This document shows, piece after piece, positions 1 to 12,218 of a stretch of DNA of 64,000 nucleotides. Made by a program: the position numbers and the translations under genes. Position 1 is the stretch's first letter. Each line of letters begins with the position of its first letter. Origin of the DNA: Fimbriosthenelais zetlandica (lineage: Eukaryota); assembly GCA_977030845.1 (NCBI GenBank), contig OZ365118.1:19592001-19656000 (forward strand), in the 5' to 3' direction. The notes below the pieces were generated by a model that was given only the letters and a program-made list of their open reading frames with translations, was not told where the DNA came from and made no database searches.

Positions 1-1276
1 ATTTCTCATTCCATGGCCGAGGAACAGGGCTTTACAGTAACTGATATCCTTCATTAGTCCTGCGCTTTTTTCAGTGTATCAGCCAGGAATTCCTATCTAG
101 TATCTATTCCTAAAAAACAAACCAAAAACATCCAAAACTCTCCTAAGAAATGGTCAGATTTCCTGTATATTTTTGAGAGATATTCCCAGGGCAGCGATAA
201 AAATAATAGAGGAAATATTCTGGCCCACGTATCACGACTCTGTTACCATGAGGGAGTGAGAGCTGGGAGTTCTTGTGACATGTTGTTACCAGGTCGTGGT
301 TAGAGATAAGGTGGAGGCTTATTGGTAATGACATGTAGAAGGACAACTCCTCCCCCACTATATACCCCCATATATTCACCCCAAACCCTTCACTGGTCCG
401 TGTCTCTGCCTCATTGGTCCTGTCTTGAGACTCCTATGTTCAGAAATAGGAAATTCTCCAAATGATAACTGAATAGCTTCTATTACTGACAGAAATTCAC
501 TCGAGGTAGATCTATTTAGTCTTTTCATATTGAAGATGTCCATAGCTTAGTTGACCCATGAATATATTTCATTTTTTCAATTCCACTTTAGCGTGAACCA
601 AACATGACCTTTGAGTCTTACAGGCCACTTGTAAGCCTTTGACCACCTCCTTCACAGCCCGCTCTCCACTTGTAATAGATATCACAAAGAGACATAATGA
701 CATAGGGGAGAAACTGCCTCACTGTGTGACGAGGGGACGAGGGAAGGAGAGAGGAGAGAATGTGAGAAGGGCAATGGTCAAGATGCCCGGGGGTGAGACG
801 TCCCTCTCAGGTGGTGAGGTGGTCAGTGCACAGACTGACCACTAGATGATTATCTCATACCCCCGGGGTCCTGGTCACGCCCATATTGACCAGTCTTTTC
901 ATCAGGTAACTATATTGGTTTTTGACCCAAAGGTGTGACCGAGTGATCCCCCAAAGTCATTATGGGTCAGCTTTCTTTAACCATAGGTGCTATTTATATA
1001 TGGAATAGTGGCATTCACATCCAGAATTGGAAACAAATTATCAGTGGGTTGGATGGAGCATATACAATAAAACTTATATTGCCCATTAAGGTAGGGAAAT
1101 ATAGTGAGGTATTATTAACAATTTTACATGAAATTTGTCCATGACACCATGCAAAATGTTGATAACTTCATCAAGTATTGAAATGTTATATAATTGATGA
1201 AAGGAAGGGTTATCTTCTGGTAAGATAAGCAGTTCATCTGGTAAGAGTAACTGTGTGAGAGTTGAGGTAAATTAAG

Positions 1277-1568
1277 TCATACAGATGGTATGAAATGTGG
1301 TATATGGCACATAGAGAAAAACCAATCGGTAAAACACATTTTCTCTCTGTGCTCCACTCGGGGCGGGGGCACCATTTCCATTTCCTGGTCAGTGTAGGCA
1401 TGCGGTAAGCAATCTGCCAGCTCTGTGATTATGGTAGATGGTGGGTGGGGGAGGGGTGGTAACAACCTCATCTGGGGAGAGGTGAGGGTAACAGATGGAG
1501 TAATATAAGGTACACACCTATTGTGGCCTGGCATTAGGTGGTAATGTATAATGCCTATGTGGGCCTCG
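1277..1568 (-). CDS. Candidate downstream exon of the acidic low-complexity gene (terminal exon, or 51-nt cassette ending at AG|GTGTGT)
   Basis: Acceptor tgtgtccatttttag|C at 1569-1570 takes the phase-2 end of the 1880 exon (AG+C=Ser) and stays open for about 97 codons (SEAHIGIIHYHLMPGHNR...CFTDWFFSMCHIPHFIPSV*). No family recognised. Confidence 0.35.
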
Positions 1569-1879
1569 CTAAAAATGGACACAGTAATCATCTCTTTATT
1601 CTGCTTCAATATACCTATACTTTACTTCTGTTTAGACAGTCTGATACATTACAAGATATAATTTTAGGTATTTTATTTGTAGTTTAGTGCTCAGTGGAAA
1701 TAGGCTTATATGGAAATACCTGTTCTCTTGGTCGTATTTATGATATCAATGATGGAATTATAACTCTTATTTGTACTAAAAGCAAAATATTGCTTTGATT
1801 AAATTTGAGTGGATTTATGAAGTTTTGACCTTTGATTGTTTGTAAACTGTAGAGTAAAGTAGACATTTAGTCAGCTCAC

Positions 1880-2631
1880 CTGGCTGGTACCTCGTCCACC
1901 TTCCTGTACTGTACCGTTGCTGTAGTCGCCAGGGAATCAACCACTGACAGTTTCCTGGTAGATGACGCCGCGTCCCCACCCCCCACCTCCAGGGTGTGGG
2001 GGTGGGGGTGGTGGGGGGTATGGTTATCGTCCATTACAGATGATACCAGGATGACAGGATCATCCATGGCCTGATCTCCAACATTACTCCTGTCCTCATA
2101 GTCCTCCCTGTCGTCCCTGTCTGAGTTGGAGTGTACACTGTGGTGTTTGGGTGTGTGAGGGTGGTGTGTTGGGGTAGGTGGGGGCTCCCGTCTAGTCACC
2201 CCTCCACGGTGGGGGAAGGCAGGAGGAGGCTGCAGCTGTTGATTTTCATCCTCCTCCTCCACCTCCTCCTCGTCGTCCTCTATTTCTGATGAGGATGGTC
2301 TGGGATGGTGTGTAGGAGGGGGGAGGGATGAGAGACCGGGTAAAGGGTGACCAAACTGATGTTTGTATCCAGCATGATGTCCATTATGAAGCCCCTCGTC
2401 TTTACCTTTCATTGAGTCACTTTGTTCAGGTCGTATAGGACTGGGAGGCGGTCTGTGGTAGATAATACCCAGCTTCTCCTTATCATGAAGATGGTCCTCG
2501 TCCTGCTCCTCTTCCCTGTCTTCCTCCTCTTCCTCCAGGTCCTCCTCCTCTTCCTCCTCCTCTATGGGGACGGGAACCACCTCTGATTCCTCGCCAGAAG
2601 TTGATCGTTGATCGTGGCTGGTCTCCATGGT
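1880..2631 (-). CDS. Large coding exon, Glu/Pro/His-rich intrinsically disordered protein (unassigned; possibly otopetrin-like N-terminus)
   Basis: About 250 open codons with poly-Glu, Pro and His tracts. Acceptor attatattaatag|ACC ATG at 2632-2633. Strong donor GCC AG|GTGAGC at 1879 (phase 2); the ORF stop codon falls inside the donor. Confidence 0.85.
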
Positions 2632-2674
2632 CTATTAATATAATGTGATAATAATGTTGATACAGTTAACTTAC

Positions 2675-2851
2675 TGTGCCAGTCTCCTGTGATTCTTGAG
2701 TAATATCCAGAACTGATTTCCTTCCGCTCATGAATTGCCCCACCAGCTCAGAGCTACTCCTGGAATTTATCCGTACTAAATCTGTGAATGAAACAAAGAA
2801 GTTTTCGCGGTGAATACCGCCCGTGCATCCATATGAAAAGCCACGCACCGC
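2675..2851 (-). CDS. Candidate upstream exon of the acidic gene (AVRGFSYGCTGG...QESQETGT)
   Basis: Donor ACA|GTAAGT at 2674 (phase 0) joins in frame to 2631 across a 43-nt intron. Possible acceptors at 2852 (cacag|GCG, phase 0) or 2782 (tttcattcacag|AT, phase 1). Confidence 0.5.
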
Positions 2852-2869
2852 CTGTGATATTCAACTCAC

Positions 2870-2936
2870 ATGGGACTGACTTTTGAGGCTCGGTCTGGAG
2901 CCGAGCATGGTACTCAATGATCGGTCAATGAAAGGC
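2870..2936 (-). CDS. Candidate exon of the acidic gene (PFIDRSLSTMLGSRPSLKSQSH)
   Basis: Acceptor ttttgattcag|G (phase 2), donor CAT|GTGAGT (phase 0), open frame. Phase-compatible with 3510 upstream and 2631 downstream. Confidence 0.5.
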
Positions 2937-3509
2937 CTGAATCAAAACCACTGCTTGTCTGTTTTTGTATTGCATTCACTGGTCCCAAAGCTGGAAATGT
3001 CAGGGGGTTGGATTTGGGACTGGATTATTTTCCTCCGTCCATCTACCGCCAGCAGTTTGCCAAACCAACAACTAACTCCCTTCACCAGCCAGCGAGGAAG
3101 TGTACCACACTTTTACTAGCTGACTTGTCAGCCCTTTCAGCTAGGATGAATCACAAGGCCAAATGTCGGTAGACTAATGTTTCCCACATGTACCGGACTC
3201 CTCCAACCTTTAGCCCCACTTTTGCACCTGTAAGATAATCCAAGGAAACAAAAAAACTCCCGGCCAGGCCTGGAGTAGATCCAGGTTGACTGTGGTGGGG
3301 GGGGGAGATTGGTCAGGAGATGAGAATGTAAGGTGCTGGGAAGTGAAAAGACTGAATCAGAAGATAAGAACTTGGGAGGTTAGAGATGCGGGTGGTAGAG
3401 CCTGGGGACTTCCTTGCTCCCTCACGCTCCGATGCTCCCCACGCTCACACTGGAACCTGTCTCACTTGTCTTCAGGGCTTTTGGCCTTCAGCGTCCCCCC
3501 TAAACTTAC

Positions 3510-3578
3510 CCGAGCCTTGTTTGAAACATCCGAGAAAATCTCTTAAAAAAGCTCTGCACAAAACTATTTCTAGGATGG
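3510..3578 (-). CDS. Candidate exon of the acidic gene (HPRNSFVQSFFKRFSRMFQTRLG)
   Basis: Donor CGG|GTAAGT at 3509 (phase 2), acceptor ggttatag|C (phase 2), 69 nt open, with an internal ATG at 3529. Confidence 0.45.
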
Positions 3579-4992
3579 CTATAACCAATTGATGAACTGA
3601 AAACCACTGAAATTTTTTCATTCACAAATTAAATTATAGAACCATTGGAACAGAATTATTAAACATTGTTTAATAAATTGAACAAAACCTTCACCTCCAG
3701 ACCTGGGAGTGGAGCATGTCTATTTGCTCGCGTCCCATCTCACTTCCTCCTTCCTCCTATAGCAGCGTCTTTGATGCCAGAGTAAGGGGGGAGGACCCAC
3801 TCCTCCCACTCCTCTTACCTCCATCTGCTATATAAACTCCCCACCCCCCGTCCGAGCAGATGGTGAGCAGATGTATGTGCTACTGTTTCACCCCTCTATC
3901 TGCTCATACAACCCTTGTATATATACAAGCATGCCCTCAACCCTCACACTCTAGATAAAGTCTCCAGACTGGAGACAATGCTGTAACCTTCAATATATTC
4001 ACAAACATTGAAGTATGTATCTTGTCCATAGTTGTACTTATATACTCAATACTGAAGTATTGTTCTGATACTGACAACAGAAACAACTAATTTTTCACCC
4101 AATTTCCTTTCCAACCCAGCCCTGGCCCACAGACTGTATGTGCCATTGCCCCTTGTACATGGACACAGATTTAGCATTACCATCTTGCTGTAAATGCTTT
4201 AGTTTACCCTCTCTCTACTTTCTCAGCCCATTATCTTATCGCAGTCTGGCATGTGTTGGTGTTGTTGTTGGATCTTCATTTCTGGCTTCCATCCTCCTGT
4301 GTTAATGTATGTTAACTATGGCCTGATGAGCGACAAAATCCCCCTGCTACATATCTACATATAAACCCCCCGACCCCAGCCCACCAGCCAGCCAGGATCA
4401 ACTCCTACCACACTCTCAACCTCTCACTCCCAGAACTTCTCATAGAATTACCGTATAGCCCATTAAAAACTCTCTTACCCATCCTGATATTACTATGCGA
4501 ACTGGTAAAAAATGTCACTTCAATCCTATGTGCAATAATGGCTTTTGAATGCCCCTGAAAAGTGACCAACTTTGCAAAGTTTACATTCAAAAATGAAACT
4601 AAACTCTTGGGTAAATCATCAGGTACATTACGGTAATGTAAAGTTGGGGAGAGCAGCTCTGACTGGGTGACACTTTGTGTACTGAGCTGTCGGGAGCTGC
4701 TCGCCCTCCTGGCCTCCACTCAATGCTAACTTACTGACTTTGATACAGAAGTTAAGTAATCTAAATAAACACCACCATAGTAAATCCATCCACAACCACA
4801 TAGTTAATCGGCCTGCTTGTAGCTTCTTCCTATTTTAGACTAAACACCCTTGTATTTTGTCCTATTTTACCCCATGTTTAAGTTGTTTATTTTTTCCACC
4901 ATTCATGTTTTACCCGCAGTAAGAATAACTGACTGTTTACACCAGTCAACAGCTTTGTCTGCCAGTCAAGTATTTTATTTATTTTTTCTCAC

Positions 4993-5048
4993 CGCTCCTG
5001 GGGGTGAATAAATAGCTCTGGGGCGTCCCACACGTCTATTCTGAGCGC
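4993..5048 (-). CDS. Weak candidate exon of the acidic gene (ALRIDVWDAPELFIHPQER)
   Basis: Donor GCG|GTGAGA at 4992 is phase 2 and matches 3578. The acceptor (ttccag at 5049) has a poor pyrimidine tract. Confidence 0.3.
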
Positions 5049-5189
5049 CTGGAACCTGCTCCGAGCACCTCAGGGAGGTGAATAGGGTTTTTTTCTGGCA
5101 TCATGATGGTTTTTGTGGTTTCCCTGGTTCGCCACATTCCCATGTGTTGGCCTCATATTTAATATCTGACTCGTCTTCCTTGTTCTCAC

Positions 5190-5279
5190 CCGCTGGGCAG
5201 TGTACACGGCATGAGGACAATGTGGTGACTGGGGAGGGAAATGTCTCAATCTTGTATGTTCATGTTTTACAAATGTGAA
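5190..5279 (-). CDS. Weak candidate exon of the acidic gene (FTFVKHEH...AVYTAQR)
   Basis: Acceptor ttattatctcag|, donor CGG|GTGAGA, 90 nt open, phase 0/0. Confidence 0.25.
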
Positions 5280-7726
5280 CTGAGATAATAAACTCAGATT
5301 ATATGTCAATCTGAACTTAATATTCGACTTCTAAATCTGATATCATTTTCAAACTTAATGCATCATATGGCCTTGTAGGATTCCCTGGTGCATTTTACAG
5401 CATGATGACTTAGTTAACATAAATCATATTTCCATGTTTCACTCAGTGTTGCACTGAGTATTGAATGACCAAAGGCCACTGTTTGAACTGATTGAAAGAC
5501 CTCTGGTTTTGACAGCGAGAGTAAGTGATTGGAAGCTGATAGAGAAGTATGACCTGGCTGTAAAGTTAGGTTGTAACCCGGGAGGTTGATCCTGTTATAA
5601 TATATTACATGTTAGACGCGCCCATCATCTGTAATTAGCTGATCTATTCATCCCACTGAGACCATGTCCCCCGCTACATTACCTCCCCTCTGGTGGCCAT
5701 GTGGCTAACTAATATAGGGTCCTCTATGATTCATAATGCATACTGTGCCTGGGGTGGTAGCGGGCATTGCTGGTCAGGGTAGGGAGGTAGAATAATATGG
5801 GGGTTGAGGGTGTGGTAGATGGTATATATACCCCCCAGGTTTTGCCCCATATATGCCTAGGGGGTTAAATTAGAAATCCTACGCGCAGACCCAAGTTATG
5901 AGGTAAGAGTACCCCCCAAGTTATGTATTTTTTACTCTATATGAGGCTTATGGAATCATAAGAAAATTTATGAGGCAGACCAAGACTTCTGGTTCTCACT
6001 CATACAAGAATTGACCCGAAGGTTCCTTATTCTCCCCTAAGGTCAGAGCAGGCAGGAAGAAGTGGTGTGAAGGAAGAAGTGAGGGGGAATAAGGGGATGG
6101 GGAAGTAGGAGGGAGGGAGGTGAGAGTTCTATTAGAACAAGCATCGAGGGAAATCATGGTATGGAAAGTATTACTTAGCACCCGGGGTCTTCTGACAAAA
6201 TGTATGGCCAGTTCTAGAGGACGGCACTGCAGGCAGTATTATTACTAATATTACTACAGGAATTTTAGTTTAATAATTCATATAGTTCCCCTGTTATTAA
6301 TAGCTTGAATATTTCCTGCAGTTCCAATTATATTGATAGTTTGAAATTTTTAGCTAAACTTATACTTTATTATTGGGTTTAATAATGTTTATATGGAGCT
6401 GTATATATATCAGATACCTGGTAGAGAGAGGTTAGAGAGTGGAGGGTTCCAGGCCTGTCTATATTAATGATTGACTCCGTCATTAAGCCAGCCTCTAATG
6501 GAGTCTGCTATGTTTTACCAGGCTCTAACTTTAATGAGCTACTCTGATTAAGTGCACCTTCCACTCTTATCTCTCACTGCTCTCACTCTGCCCACAGCAT
6601 CTCTGCTCTGCCTCATTTAGGCCTGGCTTCATGTAGGCCTACATGCTGCCCTTCTACCGGTCAGCGGATATTAGACAGACATGTCGCAGTATTCTAAAAG
6701 CATTAATACCTGATGAATATATTATATATAGAGGACATTCATCTATCACACAATTCCCCAAGAACCAGGGACTTAACATTAATAGGCTTGGTAAATGTAT
6801 ATCCCTTAATGTTCTATATAGATTTGGCCATATCCACATTATAAATGCAGGGCCTGGTAAAAAAAATCATGACAGCAAAATTTATTTTCATTCAGGAGAT
6901 CCTTTGGCGTTAAGCCCCATAGGAGCACAGTAAAATCTATAGATGTATATCTATGTGTGAATGTACCCATCCCATGCTTTATGTGATATGAAGGCCCATA
7001 CATCCGTCTGTTTTCAGTCTATGTATTTTCCGGCCCATTTCAGCAGGTCTATGGCTGACTGGGTGCGTTTAGCGGTGAGGTGGGCGTGTACCGACCAGGT
7101 TGGCAGGTAACCAGGCAAAACCTGGACCGTCAGGTTTACTGGGCTATAATAATGTTATAATAATATCACAGCATTAGCTTATCCAACTCTAACAGTACTC
7201 CAACCCCCACCTTCCCTCCACCCAAACTTCAAACTCCATCCCCCAATTCCATCTCCCATCCCCCCAATTCCTAACCCAAGCTCAACCCCCAACCCCTCCT
7301 GACACACCCTGGAATCCCTCTTCCCCCTGGCAGAACATTTTACTCGTTCCATATTATAGATCTTTAAAATGGTTCTTTTTAATTATTTAAAGAATTCCAG
7401 CAACTATAAGATGAGCTATTGCCCTGTTGAAATGCACCCAAGTACTTTCTACCCTGCCATAACATTTTACTTGTTGAAATGGCATTATTTTAATGGAATT
7501 ACTTCCACCAGCTATGAATTGTTTGAAAGGTCAATTTGACTATAAATAATAAGGAGAAGGCGGTGTGAATAAGATACATTTATTCATTATTTAATTGAAG
7601 CACGTGCAAGCACACAGGGCGCACAAACCGCTGAGGCGGGCGACTGCCACTGGTGCCCCCTACCAGGCCTGGTCAACATTAAACATGCTGAGTTATACAC
7701 CTAGGTAGATATAGCCAACATTTCAT

Positions 7727-7800
7727 ACGTCACACGTCAAACAGCTGCTGTTACGTCATCATAATGATGTCATCAAGAATCACAATCAGAATGACGTCAT
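7727..7800. promoter_or_regulatory. Cluster of CRE/ATF-type sites
   Basis: ACGTCA at 7727, 7734 and 7753, TGATGTCAT at 7765 and a perfect ATGACGTCAT palindrome at 7791-7800. A CACGTG E-box (7591) and GGCGGG (7635) are nearby. Confidence 0.55.
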
Positions 7801-9982
7801 AATTCACCCCCTTGTCAAGGAAACCCCCTAATGGTCATTTTCTAAAACAATACTGTCAGCTCTTTCAGCAGCATTTCAGTCAGAAGAAAATATAATTTAT
7901 CTTTCCACAATTCGTACAAGGTAAATTTGCCTTGTATGAAATTTCAGTTCAAATCCTTGGTGCAATTTGTATATCAGGGTACAACTGTCCATCCCAGGGG
8001 GAGGCCCCCCCCAGGCGTTAATGTGCTCCTCTAGGAACTTTCCCTGACAATGGGGGATATGACTTTGTGTTCCATATATGCTTCACAAAACAGCATGAAG
8101 AGAGAGATGAGACAGTCCTGATTCAGCACAACACAACACTCGTATATTGAACCACATTCATTGAAATCTTGTGACACTTATATATAGTATAATAATCTAT
8201 AGAAAGTCAATCTATTATTTCTTTCTAAAATGAAATACTCTCACCAAAGTGAAATTATTACCTGTGGGAATGGAATTCATTTTGAAGTGATTAAAATACA
8301 TAAATATTAAATCAATTTATGACGTAAACTCTTAATAAATAACGAATATATTAAAGTGAATAAATCTAGTAAATTTGTGTAAACATGATAAAAGGTTATG
8401 ATTAAAAGGTGGACTAACACCTATAGGTAACTCCTGATATTGGTAATCTAGCATCTTTTGTCCCAGTCATTTCTTTTGTGAATTTCACGTTTGTCCACAT
8501 CATTCTAGTTATATAAAATCAGGCCGTAAAACCTCAAGATATACACATATAAAAGTATAATATTATCCTCGGGCAAAAAGGGTGAGGTTTAGAGAGTAGC
8601 CTACTCCATCTGTACCGACTATCGTAAGTTCATGGCAACTGTACTGGTTAAGTAATAATTAGTAAAATGTACACCATTTATATTATTTACATCTTTACTT
8701 ATGTTTACACTACTCTATATGAACGACTAACACGAGACCTAAAACGGGATGGTTACAACAACCTACTGTAGGGGGCGACACCTTTGCGAGATTCCAATGG
8801 GTTAGGTTGGGTAGACGCGGCCAAAGAGAGCCAGGTCTGTTCAGGGTATAATAGAATATGAGAACTCTTGTATGGTAGAAATCATGGTTAGCCATGGTTC
8901 AGTCAAAACGCATGTCAAACTACTGACGTTTCTCTTTCAGTAATTCTCAATCATGGCACACTTTTTCATGAATCAACGAAACAAAACCTTGTGAAAAAGT
9001 TGTATACAAAAAACGACAGGATCCATAGAAAAATATATGACAAAGTAGCACATGACTCTGACATGGGCAAATCACATTTGTTTTCTCAGTTCTTTTCTCA
9101 ATCTTTTGTGTTGTCTGGAAAATAACGATCAGAGTACAACGGATTTGCATGTCGTTTTTGTTAGGAAGAGATCCGAATGCTGCCCAGTAAGAGAGTACAC
9201 GGATAAGGGATGAGTGCAATGGTTCCTCTTGTAGCAATATTTACCACAATAAACATAAAGCTGTGTGAGAGGAGGAGGATACTGGAGTCTCCAGTCATGA
9301 TCCTGTGGTGGGAACATCTATTACTGAATTGACGGTCTATACGTGTATGATATACCACACACAGACCTGGTAATAAGATCCAGTCATCATCTAGTGAAAT
9401 ATGATCCGGGGTAATAACACATACGTTACGTTAAGGGTGCAGATCTTGTGCTCACATCTTGAGGCATGAGAAAGGCGCCACCAATTACCATGACAAGAAG
9501 CGGCCTATAGCAGGGACATACAGACAGACTGACCAGAGCTATAACGGCCAGCCCGCGTCCTAACCTACACCAACTACATTATCAGAAACAACTCCACGCA
9601 GAAAGGAAAATCTGTCACTACGAGGCGAGAGGTGTGCCGTGTAGGCGTGAGTAGAGTACATACTCTCCTCTCTCACTCTCAAGCCTCTTAACTCTGATCG
9701 TTGGTGAATGCAGTTCCTGCATCCCTCACTTTGATCTGTAGCCACTGGGCCTCTCATTTACCTGTTAATTAACAGGGTAGGCCATCATTTCTTACTTCAA
9801 GCCTACGGGAGGCCTTTTCACCTTGATATTCCCGGCTATATTTGGTGTTCACTTTCATCTTTTCGAGGGTAGATCCATTGACGTTCTGTCTTCTCTGACT
9901 TAGGTCAACATTGTAGTTGATTTCAAGCCGAATTCTTGTTTCCCTTTTACATTTTGAAATTCCTTTGCACTAAAACGGCACC

Positions 9983-10032
9983 TTTATTTAATGTGGATAT
10001 TCCAATAGGAGCTTGCTTGGTGGATTTTTATT
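9983..10032 (-). terminator. Candidate poly(A) signals of the otopetrin mRNA
   Basis: Two minus-strand AATAAA hexamers (9988-9983 and 10032-10027), about 140-190 nt past the stop codon. Confidence 0.35.
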
Positions 10033-10174
10033 CAACACATACTGATCAAAATCGGGGCTTTTTTTCACTTTTTCAACGCCCCATTCCAGGTGCATGCACC
10101 TGTACCCAAATTTCTACGAAGGCCATGCGATCTTTGGTGGCATCTGCGCATGCGTAGCGTTTGAGATGGAAACG

Positions 10175-10936
10175 TCACAACTCCTTACGTTTGATGATGT
10201 ATGCGTTGATCCAGATATCAGAGAGACAGACCGTCGAGTGGAAGCGGAAGAAGATGATGAGAGGGATGCAGATGTGGGCGATGATGTTCCACGGCATGAA
10301 GCCGTAGAACCTGCTATGTAGAGGCATGGTCTCAGCCTTCTTCACCTCAAACGTGTTGATCACCCAGAGTGAGAGGTTACATAGCAGAAGGAAGGTGACG
10401 AGTGTACGGCCCGGTTTGTGGTTGACATGCTCGTCGTGTTCGGCACAGCGTCTGAGCCCATCCAGGATGAAGATGGTCTGTATGGCCGCCTGGATGAATG
10501 CCAGGGCGCTGGTCCCTAGCGACAGGATCCCGATCAAGCCGTACTCCTCCATGGTGGACACGGAGGAGACTACGAGGAAAGCGTTGAACGTGCATAGGCC
10601 GAACAGGGCGATCACCAGCAAAACCGTGTCATAACTCCCCTCCTCCGGCATGGAGAAGCGCAACTGCTGCAGCTTGAAGAACCCAATGATGACTATGACA
10701 CAGCTGAGGAAGAGGAGAGTGATCTCGGTGATGTAGAAGATCAAACTGGCCGTGTCGCGATTCTCAAGCTTCTCGTCAAAGACAAAGAAGCTGCTGACGG
10801 ACACGAGGGTGAGGATGGTGACAAAGAGACCCAGGAAGAGTCCCTTGTTGGCCTTGTCACAGTCAGTCTGGTTGCTGCTGCTGTCTCCAGTGATGGTCAA
10901 TACTTGCTTCCCAGTACGGCCAACGCACTGGTACAT
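10175..10936 (-). CDS. Otop: Otopetrin proton channel, last coding exon (C-terminal TM helices)
   Basis: Family motifs DCDKANKGLFLG, KPGRTLVTFLLLCNLSLW and FYGFMPWNII...PLIIFFRFHSTVCLSDIW. Acceptor tttttctttgacag| at 10937-10938 (phase 0); TGA at 10177-10175. Confidence 0.98.
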   Translation of the reverse strand: MYQCVGRTGKQVLTITGDSSSNQTDCDKANKGLFLGLFVTILTLVSVSSFFVFDEKLENRDTASLIFYITEITLLFLSCVIVIIGFFKLQQLRFSMPEEGSYDTVLLVIALFGLCTFNAFLVVSSVSTMEEYGLIGILSLGTSALAFIQAAIQTIFILDGLRRCAEHDEHVNHKPGRTLVTFLLLCNLSLWVINTFEVKKAETMPLHSRFYGFMPWNIIAHICIPLIIFFRFHSTVCLSDIWINAYIIKRKEL

Positions 10937-11338
10937 CTGTCAAAGAAAAATAATCACTAACTTAGCAACAATTCTACTAGAATTGATCTATTTCATTACC
11001 AACTGCATGGAGTGAACTCCCCGCAAGTTATACAGTCCATATAGGCAACATCATTCTATAAGCTCTTGTGCTTCTTGTGCCTTTTCATATAATCTGTTCA
11101 AGACCAATCTATTCAATTTATAGGTCTCTGTGCAGCACATAGAAATTTATAATGGACATGTGTTGAACTAATTAACTTTACAGAAATACATCTTATTTAG
11201 GCTTTCGAAATAAGGTTGTAGTATATGACTTTGTAAGTAAGGTATGGTTTAAGTTGGGGTGATTCTTGCTCAGATTAAAGTATTTAGTAAGCTGACTGAC
11301 TGTCACATTAAAGTACTCAGTAGACGTATAGAGCTTAC

Positions 11339-11487
11339 CTTGAAGACAATAGCGGCAGCAATGAGACTGTACTCAATAGTACAAGGATAGAGGTAGGGAG
11401 CTGAGCGTCTGGCCAGCGTGTCCTCATTAGTGCACACATCCTCCATGAGCGACGTCACATTCATGTGCACGGTCGGCCCAGTTGTCA
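11339..11487 (-). CDS. Otop: Otopetrin exon (end of TM5-6 loop and TM6: SAPYLYPCTIEYSLIAAAIVFK)
   Basis: Hallmark P-x-LYPCTIEYSLI motif. Acceptor ttttctctcag| (phase 1), donor AAG|GTAAGC (phase 0). Confidence 0.97.
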
Positions 11488-12218
11488 CTGAGAGAAAAAT
11501 CACAATCTTAATATTCAGCTCAAATTTATTACAAAACATTCATTTTTCACCTAGCGTGAAAGGTTAAAGACACCATTTCTACGATTCCATTTCGAGACAT
11601 TCTAGTTTGAAATGGCTAATATTAATTTGCTGTGCTACTTTCTTGATTATCATCTACCTTATGTGAAGGGAAAACTAGTTCAAACTTTATACTAACAAAG
11701 AGATGAATTAATACTGCATTCCTATATGTTATCTACCTATGAGTATTCTATTCACTTAAAATTACTTTGCCTTGAAATATGGAATTGAAGTTTTTTTATC
11801 CTTTGAAATCTTAAGGATGAATAGAATGAGTTAATCCATGGGCACATGATAAAAAATAGCACTATATGGACAAAACCTAAAAGGCTTGACGCGAGCACCA
11901 AAGCTTATTATCATGCCTTCATTCCATTATATGATCAACATTCAACTGACCCTCCTCACTCTGTCCTTATACATGCTTATCACACTCTAACACTTTATGA
12001 ACTACACCACCATAAAATCTACTGCTACATGAATTATGCATCATTAAACACATATATGTATATATAACCACCATAATATTGAACAAGAGGACAAGAAAAT
12101 ATGCAATCATATATATAAAAAAAACAACTGCAACATTGACTGAGAAATCCATTGTCAGGATCATGAAATGCGCCCTAGTAGATTTCCTAAATCTCATTTT
12201 TGTATTTCTCTTCCACAG

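Noticed and set aside
143-845. ORF 143-379 and acceptor-like site near 724 as the next exons of the acidic gene
   Set aside because: Phase-2 entry at the 724 acceptor hits TGA after 12 codons. No TM1-like helix or family motif in either.
5070-5072. In-frame TGA between two open segments (also 2861-2863) as selenocysteine or read-through
   Set aside because: No SECIS or redox motif is visible, and splice sites flanking the stops explain them more simply.
7945-7954. GTTCAAATCC B-box as a tRNA or SINE (also about 26855)
   Set aside because: No A-box at the right spacing and no cloverleaf.
10094-11015. + strand ORFs (10094, 10326, 10752) and minus ORF 10377-10595
   Set aside because: Antisense or alternative-frame shadows of the GC-rich last otopetrin exon. 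The same applies to 14368, 15647, 20085, 20342 and 52761.
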